Assembly (NCBI GenBank): GCA_043228905.1
Contig: JBHGNT010000005.1
Coordinates: 6,510,001 to 6,574,000, forward strand
Source of the DNA: Azolla caroliniana
Taxonomy: Eukaryota; Plantae; Polypodiophyta
DNA: 64,000 nt
Direction: 5' to 3'
Positions 36,001-46,903 of this stretch are shown here, in pieces. The first letter of the stretch is position 1. Each line of letters starts with the position of its first letter. A model generated the notes under the pieces. That model saw only the letters and a program-made list of their open reading frames with translations, made no database searches and was not told where the DNA came from. The translations under genes were made by a program, and so were the position numbers.

Positions 36001-38045
36001 TTGGTTAAAGACAACACACATCAAGCAGAACTGGAGGAGGAATATGATTACGTTCCGGCGAGGAAAAGCGAAGGTACGGGTACCAACACAACCAAGGAAG
36101 GGCACCGGCAAGGATCTGACACCGTTATATGCGGAGTGCGTCAATATGATGGAAGGATTAGCAGACGAAGAAGAAGATCAGTACTTGCAGGAGAACCCGA
36201 AGATTGTGCCCCTATTCGAAATTGACGTCGCCGAAGCGGTATCACCCTACTTACTGCAACCGGACAGAACCGGATAAAGAAGCAATCCGGGAGTTACGGC
36301 AAGCACATGAGGCGTTGGAAAGAGAAATGTCCGTATCACAGCGCGTAAAAGCGTCTCAATTAGAAGAGGTAAATCTAGGAACGGCGGAGGAGGCAAAAGC
36401 GGTGCACGTTGCCAAAGAAATGAAGGCAGAGAACAAAACGGCGATAATTACACTCCTCAACGAGTTTCGCAACGTATTTGCCTGGTCTTACGAAGATATG
36501 AGAGGGCTGGATCCTGAGTTGTATCAGCATCAGATATATCTGAGCAAAGACGCCAAGCCGGTAGCACAGCGTCGGTACCAGATGAACCCAAACTACGCCG
36601 CCAAAGTCAAGGAGGAAATCGACAAATTGTTGAGGGTTGGCTTCATCCGTCCCGTAAAGAAATCTACATGGTTGAGCCCGATCGTAGTCGTACCGAAGAA
36701 GAACGGCAAAATTAGAGTGTGTGTCGACTACCGGAAGCTCAATGCGGCAACGGTAACGGATGGATTTTTGGATGCCGTCGCCGGCCATGAAGTCTACAGT
36801 TTCTTAGACGGATTCAGCGGGTATAATCAGATCTGGATGCACCTTGATGATCAAGAGAAAACGACTTTCGTCACCGAATGGGGAGTGTTTGTTGCCGTGG
36901 TGATGATGTTCGGACTGAAAACGGCACCAAGAACATTCCAACGGATCATCATGGAGATCTTTGGCGAATACATACCGGCTTTTATGCAGGTGTTCCTTGA
37001 CGACTTCACCGTCTATAGCCGAGAAGAAGATCATTTGCAGCATCTCAAACTATGTCTAGAGAAGTGTAGGCCGTACCGGCTAAGCCTAAATCCGGCGAAG
37101 TGTGTATTTGGAGTATAAGGAAGGCATTGCCGTAGATCCGGACAAAGTGAAAGCAATCCTGGAAGCACCGGCAATGGCAACGGCAAAGGCATTGAGCCGT
37201 TTCTTAGGACAAATCCGTTGGCATAGCCATATGCTCCGATATTTGGCAGACCTGGCTACACCTCTACATGCGGCAGTACACCAAACACCGTTCGAATGGA
37301 CAGACATCAAAGACAAGGCGTACCGGGCACTAAAGGTATTATTTTCACAAGCACCGGTAGTGCAGCCTCCGGATTGGAGTAAAGAGTTTCATGTGTTCGT
37401 GGACGCCTCCGACATCGCAATCGGCAGTGCGCTCATGCAGCTTACCGAGCCAAGGTGGTACCCGCCAGTGTACTATGCCAGCCGGAAGCTATCCCAAGCG
37501 GAACGAAATTATTCTACCATGGAAAGGGAAGCTTTAGGAATGATCTACGGTGTAACAAAATTCAGGCATTATTTATTGGGAAGAAAGTTCTCCTTCCATG
37601 TAGATCATTCGGCACTCCTCTACCTAGTATCCAAAGCGTCACTTACCGGTAAGTTGGCCCGGTGGACTTTGCTGTTGCAGGAGTTTGAATTCAAGATATT
37701 CCACCGACCCGGCATACAGCATGCGGTAGCAGATTATCTAAGCCGGTTAGATTCCGGGGAGACAGGTGACGGAGTACCAGACAACTTTCCGGATGCGGAG
37801 CTTTTTCGAGTCACCACGGAAACAACAACATATGAAACGGTGGCACAAGAAGATAAGTGGCTAACTAATATGCACCAGTTTTTGAGTACTAGATTACCTC
37901 GGGAGGAGATGAACCGGGACGAAAGAAAACGTCTAGCGGTACAAAGCCGGCATTTCTGTTTATTACAGGACACGTTATACCACAAAGGGTGGACGGTATA
38001 TGGCGACGAGCGGTGCACAATGACGAGAAGAAGGTAATACTACGG

Positions 38046-38175
38046 TGTCGCGTTGTTACGCGCGTGCGTGGAGAAAGGCGGGACCACGGGGGTCTTGGAC
38101 GAGAGAGTGATGGAGCGTAGGGAGTTGTGCTTCATTGTTTCTAGGGCATCCTAGAAACACACCGGAAGCAACCGA

Positions 38176-38215
<40 letters not shown>

Positions 38216-38881
38216 TGTGTGTGTGTGTGTGTGTGTGCTTAACACCGACTCACGCACACGCACACGCACACGCACACGCACACGCACACGCACACGCACA
38301 CGCACACGCACACGCAGCTCAACCCGATTCACGCCTTATGTGCAGAAAACGCAGGAGAGGGTAAGCACCCGACGCCAACAACGATGCGAATATACACAGA
38401 CAAACATAAACGTATATGTATGTATATATATATATGAAGAATACATTCCCAGCTTCGAGCCGGACTGAGGTAGGTTACAGTAGTTGTCTGCTGCCAAGCC
38501 GCCGTCGGGGAGCTCTCAGCTCGTCGCGCCGAGCGGGGTCTTGCACAAGAGGCCTAACCAAAGCAAACCCTAAGCAAAACACGAAGGAGAGAGAAGAAGA
38601 ACCCAACTCTAAACCTAACGGTATACCCTCTAATGCAAAATGGGCAACCCTTTTACAAAGGGCGTTCCCTTCCTTTTATAGAACAAGGAAAGGGAGGCAT
38701 TACAATGCGGGACAAATCCCGACTTACATGGGATCGTCTGTCCCGACTTGACTACTCTTCGGCGCCATAAAGGCGCCCTCGACATTCACACTAAATGTAC
38801 ACGGGTGCGTACACACGCTGCACCCCGCCGATGTAGCCAATGTTTCCCGGTTTCCGCCTTTGGCCGAAATTCTTCACGACA
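38046..38881 (-). mobile_element. Solo LTR L of the B family
   Basis: TGTCGCGTTG...CTTCACGACA with perfect 4-bp TSD ACGG; removing it restores the K integrase sequence ILREAHCG. Confidence 0.95.
38178..38316. repeat. (GA)n(GT)n and (CACACG)n microsatellites inside solo LTR L
   Basis: Directly visible; much shorter in the B LTRs. Confidence 0.93.
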
Positions 38882-40568
38882 ACGGGAAGCACATTGCGGA
38901 GTCGCCGGAGGCCATTATGCCGGAGATGCGACGGCAAGGAAAGAATGGCAAAGTGGCCTATGGTGGCCGATGACATTGAAAGATGCAGTCCGGTACGCGA
39001 AAGAGTGTGATCTATGCCAGCAATTGGCCAGCCAACGGAGCAAGCTCGGATGCCACACCAGCCGGTCCTACCACTAGAACCATTCCAGAAATGGGGGCTA
39101 GATTTTGTCGGGCCATTTAAACCACCGGCAATGAGAACCGGTAACCGGTACGTGATCGTCGCGACGGATTACTGCACTAAGTGGGTAGAAGCGAAAGCCC
39201 TACGAGACAACACCGCGGCGTCAACGGCAAAATTCTTATACGAATCCATTTGGTGCCGGTACGGATGCCCCATAGAGCTGATAAGTGACCAAGGAGGGCA
39301 CTTTCTTGGACAAGTGGTAGAAAGTTTGAAGACGTTCTATGCGGTAGTACATAAACGAAGCACACCGTACTATCCACAAGCAAACGGGTTAGCTGAGTCG
39401 ACGAACAAAACGCTCTAGAATATCCTCCGGAAAATCGTCAACAAAAACCGGACGTATTGGGATACGAAGCTGCATGGTGCGCTCTGGGCCTACCAAACAG
39501 CGTACAAAACAAGCATCCGAACAACACAGTTCCGATTAGCATTCGGATTAGAGGCAGTCATGCCAGTCGAGTTCCAGGTACCAAGCTTACGGATTCAGAT
39601 TCGGGAACGACTGAACGAAAAGGAATCGGAGGCAATTCGGTTAAAGGCTCTATGTGAACTAGAAGAACACCGACCGGCGAGCATCATGCACTTGGAATTG
39701 GAACAATGGCGACGGAAGGCGTTTGTAGATCGGCACCGGAAGGGAAACGAAAAGTTGTTCGAAATCGGCAAGCCGGTACTCGTGTTCCAGACCCGGATGG
39801 GCAAAATGCCAGGTAAACTACGGTTTAGATGGACCGGACCATACTGGATCACACGCGAGTTCAATGGGTCCTACCAATTAGGAACACTTGCTGGCGAAGT
39901 GCAGGGTAAATGGGTCAACGGATTTAGACTAAAGCCATACAAAGGACCTATGCCAAAGAACCCATTTGAACGAAGGACCGCCACCGAATCAGACGCCGGC
40001 AGGCCAACCACGACGGCAACCCGTGAGGAAAACGGCTACCACCAAGCCGGTAAGGGGGAGCATGAGCCGGCAACCGAGGAAAGCATAATGACGGCAAACC
40101 GTCAAGAGGCCGGTATGGTGCATGTTTCGGGTAAGGGTCCGACAGGACCGGAGAAAAATTAAGCACACAATTTACTTTACAAAAAAAAAAAAATCAAATA
40201 AAGGAGCGAATCAAATAAATCATGGAAAGGAGTGGTGGAAACGGCCATGCAAACGAGTAAAGAGGCACGTCGAAAAGGTACGAGGGGCTATGAATAGGAC
40301 ATTTAACCACCGCCACATGGCACGCAATGCTATTATAGTACACGACCTGCACATGCGGAGGCTCGAAAAAGGCGCCAAGATGCAGAGAGAAAAACCCCCA
40401 CGCATTGAGACCTTGTCCTATCGCGAAGCAAGGAGAACGGACGCAGACAGACGCGTGAAGATCAATCGCAGAGAGCTCGCACACAGAGAACCCCCTCCCT
40501 CAGAACTTTCTCTCTCACACTCTCCCCACCACCAAACATCGCCAACGCTCTCCGACCTCGACGCAGAG

Positions 40569-41612
40569 ATGGACTGCCAAACGTTGTCTGAAGCCGCCAA
40601 GAAATGGCTACGGCAACACGGACTGGAGGGTTTCTTAATGATCATGGAGGCGGCGCCACACAAGGAGGCCGAAAAGATCCTCAAAGAAATCGACACAGAG
40701 GTGATCACGGAGGAGGCGATCCGTGCGTTAATAGGCCTTCCGGAGGGAGGCATCTACACGATCGACAATCCTACCTCCGAGCAACTCATCAAATATTTCG
40801 GTGAGTACTCTCTAGCCAGCAAGGGCTACAGGACACAGGGCGGCGAAGATATGCTATTCCGCGAAATTGCCCATGTGCTCCATGAGTTCGGCTACGTGTA
40901 CCCTCGACCCCCCGTCATGCCTCAGAACCGAGCAGGCTTGATCATCGTAACGTACAAAGGGGTCAAGGTAGATTGGCCGGTGTTGATCGCTCACGTGTTG
41001 TGTACGGCCATTGATATAGTAAGAGGAAAGGACGGCAAGGAAGGCCGGAAAATATGGCATGCGGTGACACAATGGCTCACCCTGTTGGTGCCACTGGTCG
41101 AGCTCGTCCAAACCAAGAAGCGGGGAAGAGAAACGGACGGCACTTCGAAACGGCAACAACTGTTGGCCTCCAAGGCCACTAAGGGGAAGACGGTCGACGC
41201 AGAGAAGGCGGCAAAGGAGCGCGCCAGCCGGAAGCAGCCGACGGATGCAAGTGAGGAGACACCGGCACGGCCCCTGAAGAGCCCACTCAACCGACCGGTG
41301 CAACAGGAAACGGACACCCTGGCGGCAAGAATGAATGTCGAGACTCAGGCAGAGGAAATGGAGGAAGAACCCACAGAGCACCTCCAGCGGCGGCCGATGA
41401 AGAGCATCGTTGAATCAGTCGGGAAGCGTTCAGACCCACAGAAGGATGGAACGCCCGCAACTCACGCTGAGCATCCCACGCCAAGGGAGGTACCGGAACC
41501 GGTTCGGATGGAACCGGTCACAGAAGTCCCGTCACTCAAGAGCCGGATATACAAAGACCAACCTTCCCAGCCGACCAAGAACAAGCAGACAAGGCCTCCT
41601 TGCGGCATGTGA
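40569..41612 (+). CDS. Extra sense ORF downstream of K integrase, function unknown (3' end truncated by a LINE fragment)
   Basis: Part of open frame 40122-41612; likely start MDCQ follows a CT-rich leader. A globular-looking domain (ITEEAIRALIGLPEGG...VKVDWPVLI) is followed by a disordered tail. Confidence 0.7.
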   Translation: MDCQTLSEAAKKWLRQHGLEGFLMIMEAAPHKEAEKILKEIDTEVITEEAIRALIGLPEGGIYTIDNPTSEQLIKYFGEYSLASKGYRTQGGEDMLFREIAHVLHEFGYVYPRPPVMPQNRAGLIIVTYKGVKVDWPVLIAHVLCTAIDIVRGKDGKEGRKIWHAVTQWLTLLVPLVELVQTKKRGRETDGTSKRQQLLASKATKGKTVDAEKAAKERASRKQPTDASEETPARPLKSPLNRPVQQETDTLAARMNVETQAEEMEEEPTEHLQRRPMKSIVESVGKRSDPQKDGTPATHAEHPTPREVPEPVRMEPVTEVPSLKSRIYKDQPSQPTKNKQTRPPCGM

Positions 41613-42320
41613 AGTGGAAGGAACAACATCATGGAGTGTTGCGGCATGGCTTGATCACTCCATTGATAGGTGGACGGACGCCCTCAATGCGGATAGTTGG
41701 TGTTATGTATGTATGAGAGGCAAAATCGCCAAGATTCGATTTGAGAGAGGCTTGCAGTCCGCATCCCCTAGGTTCCCAGACATTTGGATGCTGATCATTG
41801 GCTTCACCCTATGGTATGTATGGAAAGCATGTTGCCTAAAGGTCATTTAGGACCTGGTGCGCCCCCCGGAGGAAGTGATAATGGACATATGGTTTGCATT
41901 GATCAGCTGCTTACGAGGGCAATTGGACGAGGTTTGCAACCATTCCAATGACGTGGTTACGACCCGTTTGCGCTTTTGGCAGAAATGGCGGAACACGCCT
42001 ATGGTGGCACAAGGAGGAAGTGGCCCAAGGTGGAACTACCAGCCCCCATGCTGGTTGTTTCCGACTCACTTACCACCCTCCCTTCAATGTCGACCCCAGG
42101 AGGTGTCTCGTACTAGCCATCACTGAAGGGCACCATTTTTAGCTACAGGTACGTACATTAAGTAGTCAGTCCGAAAGGCGTTGTAACTAGTCTCCTTTTC
42201 TTGAACCTGATCGGAGGGAGATTCCCCGTTCTATATATAAGCCTCCTTGTACAATTTCTTTGTAATAATCCTTCCTAACTAATGGGAAAGTAGCTTCATT
42301 TTGGAAAAAAAAGAAAAGAA
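41590..42320 (+). mobile_element. 5'-truncated L1-type LINE 3' end
   Basis: LWYVWKACC...DIWFALISCLRGQLD...RWNYQPPCWLFP parallels the end of LINE ORF2 at 57190-57440 (EVWLMLLHTLRGQYD...KWRYAPPI*LFP); A-rich tail at 42306-42320. Confidence 0.8.
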
Positions 42321-45300
42321 GCACGGAAAACATGGAGATATTGTACCAATTGGGTATGCGAAATCATATGACCAAGGAAATTCAAGCAAAATAAGGAAAG
42401 AGAGAGGAACCACAATGGGTGCCAACGAAAACAAGATCTAACCAAATTATTGATATACCCATAATCACACTACTAAAAGTGGTAGATTTCTAAACCAAGA
42501 AAGAAGCTTCAATGGTTGAATGCCCCAAGAGTAGTGGGTGAGGCACCATTAAAAAACTAATACCCATTTGGAAATTTAAAAGAGTGTCTACAATCCAAGG
42601 GTGGTAGAGATGAAACCACCAATTTTGGTTGCACACCCATAGTTTGATCCAGCAAACTTCTAAGGTCAAGGCTCAACAACAAAAAAAGTAGATACAAGCA
42701 ACTTCCAAGCAAGTCGATAAATGTACTTGAGACCCAAAAGCTAATGTGTTCATAAAGGGATCATTGTCAATGAATGCAAACATATAACACATGCCTATGA
42801 CAAGTTTCAAAGGACCTTACAAAAATGCATGGGTTGTTGTTTAACAATAATGCACAATTTTGGCTCTTGAATAATGTGTTGCCCCTATGATTGTGCGTCA
42901 ACTATAATGCGGTCAGTACATAAGACAAATACCATACAACAAAGGATATCTCCATTCGCGAGATTGTTAGTTGACGGTTCATATAAAAATTCCCTTGTGT
43001 ATAAAAAATAAACTTTGAATGTAATATATAAATTGTCCTCGACCTCCTATTAACTCCAAGCCCATCACGGATTGTAGAAGTTAAAATAGAAAAGGGCATC
43101 ACCGTGACTCAAAGCAAACATATGGTTTTAACTACCAAAGCCATAGGTAAGATCACAAACAAACAAAAATCTTAACGAGTACAAGTCCTCTTTCTTTTCT
43201 TGATAGTTGGAAGGTCTTGGTTTAGAAATCAAATTTTTCCCACAAAATTGCAATGGAGTTGGCATCACTACGAAGGAGAAGCACTCCATATTCTAGCATC
43301 ATTATTGACAACCACAACCACATCATTGATTGCCCATCAAACCACATCATCATCCTCACCACTCCCCTCTTTGTCATCATAAGTAACTTCTCATGATGTA
43401 GTCGGGCTTATCTGTTCTGAATCTAGAATTTAAATTCATCATCATTTCCAATCTATGGTTTTGCATTCTTTATTCATGTGTAATGCATAAAAAGCTATTG
43501 TATTTTGGCTTTACATTTTGAAATCAACAAATTTAACAATTTCTACGTAAAAAATGCAAAATTTGAAAAGTATTCTCTCTATATGGTGGACTAATGAATT
43601 GAGTATTCATAAGAATAGACAAGGCAACATATGTTGGCACTATATTTGGATGAAGGATGTAAGTTGAAAGGTGATATTGTTGAATGCTACATAACATATG
43701 TTTGATCTTTAAATTGTCTTAAAAGATATATTGTAAAGAACATATGTTGGTCTTAAGGGAAATCATGTTCACGTGATGCATTAGTAAAAATATATATATG
43801 GAAAATGTTAAATTTCTGCTTTGTAGCAAAGAGATTCTTGAGACATATTCCTTTGAAAATGAAATTATTAAGATATATTAAGTTTTGTTTTGTGTGTGTA
43901 TTGTAAGTTCTGATCTTAGCCGAAAGAATCTGAAAATGAAATGATGTCAAGGAATCCATCTCAATTCAACTTAAACATTTGTGATTCAAATATCAGATTT
44001 TGTCTTACAAACATGACAAAAGAAATGATAATTGTAAGTATCGGGTACAATTTTGGCTTTTTAAATGTGGGTCCACAATTTCATAAAATAAACTGAGTTA
44101 ATGTCATATATCACATCATTACTTCTTCCAAGTGTTTTAAAATGAAGTTATTCTATCTATGGGAAAGCTATGAATGTTTGCCTTTATCGATAAGATAATA
44201 TTATATTCGTATGCAAAGGATAGGGTGCTAATAAAATACATTAATCCTTAATAATTAATTGGAGCACTCACATATGTACATATAGTGAGAAATAGCAATT
44301 GTATGGTTTTGCAAGTGACGATTCAACATTGCAAGTGAGGTCGCAAATGTAAACCATTGTCGATATAGGAAACAACACCACCTTAGGCAAAAGAGACATT
44401 TTCTCCTCCTAACTATCCAACATATATACCATGCTCCCGTGCATGTGCCACTCATGATCAATTGTGCACGATCTCACTCTTGTATGCTAGCTCCATGGAC
44501 CATATTGTGACCCCTATACTCCTTATACATGTACTCAAGTGAATCATTATGAATTGTCACTCTATAGCCATACATCGAATTTATATTGTCTATCCAACAT
44601 AGGGGTATTATTATATCCAACCTCATTACGTGATGTGTGCCCAACTTCTACTCTAAGAACATTGAAGTTTTGGAATTTTCATTAATTAAATGCACTGACT
44701 TGTTGTCATTTACCCTTTAAAACAATACCCTTATATAATCTATTGAAACTAACAAATTTCCCTTGTGAACATAGTTTGCAATGTTGTGTATCTCGCATTT
44801 CACTTTTGACTATAGTATGGCATGATTTAAATAAGTATAACACAGTATGAAATATCCATAGCGTAACATGCAAGCTAGATCTTGTCGACCACAATTTGGG
44901 AAAGATCATGCAATATTAAAGGTTGATTGCCTAGTGGATGGAAGCATAAATTTCAAGGCTGAATAGAAAAACCAAAAGTAATCCACTCAACTAAAAGTTA
45001 GTACTTCATGGGCAAGTTGCTTATATATGAACAATAATAAGTAAAAATAGTCTTTAAGTATCAATTTTCCATTCAATTCGCCCACAATGGCAACATAACT
45101 TTGTTGAACCCTTTGATGCATCGAGACATTTATGCTTCATATATTTAACTAATATATATCTTGATTTCGAGGGGGGGAAAGACATTAAGGTAGATTTATT
45201 TCATTTAGAGGCAAATCGAGTACATTCTTTGTAAACCTTGTACTTGAAAAAAAATTGTCATTAGAGACAAATATTTGTTAACAAAGTAACCATTACTAGG

Positions 45301-46199
45301 ATAAGCATAAACATGTATTCTTCACTAAGATGAGATTGTACGTGAAAGAGAAACACTGCTTTCAACTCTTTTGGCAATGCTTATGAAGAAAACTTGTAAC
45401 CATTATTAGCTATAAAATAAAAGCCATAAACATATATTCTTCATTAGGATGACATTATGCATGAGAAACACTACTCTCTAACTCTATTGATTATGCTTAG
45501 GAACCAAGCCTACAAAGTGCCACCATCATGATCAACACTAAATCCTTGATCTAAGAACTGGATTAAGAAATGAATACCATTTACAATGTTTAAAACCAAT
45601 CAATTGGGTTCATTAAATATCAATTGAAAGATGTGGTAAAAAGGTGGATTAAAGCTATGACATACCATATTTTCCCCACACTGATGACTTTCATGGGAGA
45701 TTCATGACTATGTTAAACAAACTAAATGTTTCCAACCACTGTATACATTAGAGTGTGTGATCCCATAGTAGAGCCGGTAAATTTGTGCATAACACACGTT
45801 GATTAGAGCTTCGTGATTAATTAAATCAAGGGGCAAATACATAAGAAGAAGCCTAACCATGGCCATACACAAGTGTAGTGGACCATGGTGTTTCCTTTCA
45901 TGCTACATGTGTGGACCATGGTATTTCCTTTCATATAATACATCATCAAGTGAGAAACCTGAAGAAGAGATGAAAACACATATCCCCTTCATGGTGTTTT
46001 AAAACACTCCCAAATTAACCCCAACCCTTCATTCAAAGTAACATATCCATTGAAATTCAAAGGTAACCTTCCAATTTAAACACCCCCAAAAATATCTTCA
46101 TTCAAGTAAAAATATAAGTGGAATTTGAAAGAAATACCCCCAATTTCCTAAAAAAGGGGAACAACTCCACTGTACTAAGTAAAGAAGCCAGAAACCCAA

Positions 46200-46652
46200 T
46201 TAGGAGGAGAGAAACAATGCCTTGAAGACATGGAGTGGTCCAGATGTGCAAGAGCAAGGTTCCAAGTGACCAGAAGGATTTCCACCATCACCATTTTCTT
46301 CATCTTCTTCTTCATCTTCTTCTAGTCTATGTGGGTTTGTGGGTTCTTCAGTAATGGGGAGGAGGGTTTGCTGATAAGGTGAGCGAGGGGTAGAGGAGTT
46401 TGAGGAATGGAAAACGGGACTGTGTGGGGAACCCATGGCTTCAAATTCATTACATGCATTTGCCTCTGCTAAAGCTTTGTCTATGTACACTTGAAGAAGG
46501 TTGTTCTTGTTCTTGTTATTGTTGGCCTTCATCTTTGCTTTTGTTAAGGGGCGAATTGCTTTATCGTTCCCACCATCTCTCGTGGGTAAGACATGGTTTT
46601 CCTCCGCCTTATTTCCAACAAGATGACCCACGATCATAAACTCCGGGATCAT
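46200..46652 (-). CDS. Candidate host gene, 150-aa protein of unknown function
   Basis: Intact ATG-to-stop ORF in AT-rich non-TE sequence, with a Ser/Pro-rich segment and an acidic tract. Possible splice acceptor TTCAATAG 17 nt upstream of the ATG, and a (CT)n tract near 47090. Confidence 0.5.
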   Translation of the reverse strand: MIPEFMIVGHLVGNKAEENHVLPTRDGGNDKAIRPLTKAKMKANNNKNKNNLLQVYIDKALAEANACNEFEAMGSPHSPVFHSSNSSTPRSPYQQTLLPITEEPTNPHRLEEDEEEDEENGDGGNPSGHLEPCSCTSGPLHVFKALFLSS

Positions 46653-46721
46653 TGGAATCTCCCGACTTGCTATTGAATATATATATACATATATATATAG
46701 TGAGAATTATAGTTAACCCAT

Positions 46722-46903
46722 GGGCCTTGGCTAGTTTAAAGCCGATTCTACTAAAATTCCAATGATAGATACACGATAGTGAGCCCTCCTTACTAGGAGA
46801 TTGAATGCAATTGACAAGATGAGGCCTTGGTTAGTTTAAGTCGATTCTACCAAAATTCCAACAACAATACGATATTGAGCCCTCCTTACTAGGAGATTGA
46901 ATT
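46722..46903. repeat. Two-copy ~100-bp tandem duplication
   Basis: GGCCTTGG(C/T)TAGTTTAA...GAGCCCTCCTTACTAGGAGATTGAAT occurs twice. Confidence 0.8.

Larger units (their letters stand above)
33557..40162 (+). pseudogene. Gypsy K gag-pol, decayed and split by solo LTR L
   Basis: Zinc knuckles (~34715-34812, CYYCQQEGHYSNQC ~35267), IIDGGSGVN protease, RVCVDYRKLN / FLDGFSGYNQI / VFLDDF RT, VDASDIAIG RNase H, HCGVAGGH / WGLDFVGP / WTGPY integrase. Confidence 0.94.
33039..41590 (+). mobile_element. Non-chromovirus Ty3/gypsy element K (Athila-like pol; 3' LTR missing)
   Basis: 5' LTR 33039-33501 (TGTTACCG...GGATTAACA), PBS-like TGGTGACCAT at 33509, domain order gag-PR-RT-RH-IN and an extra 3' ORF; no chromodomain or second RNase H seen. 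Confidence 0.9.

Noticed and set aside
38141-38468. RV/RT dipeptide-repeat ORFs
   Set aside because: Translation of the CACACG repeat in solo LTR L
42740-42800. SWIM zinc-finger or Mutator transposase relic (CS*...CKHI)
   Set aside because: Needs stops and a frameshift to read, and is too short to support without an HMM search
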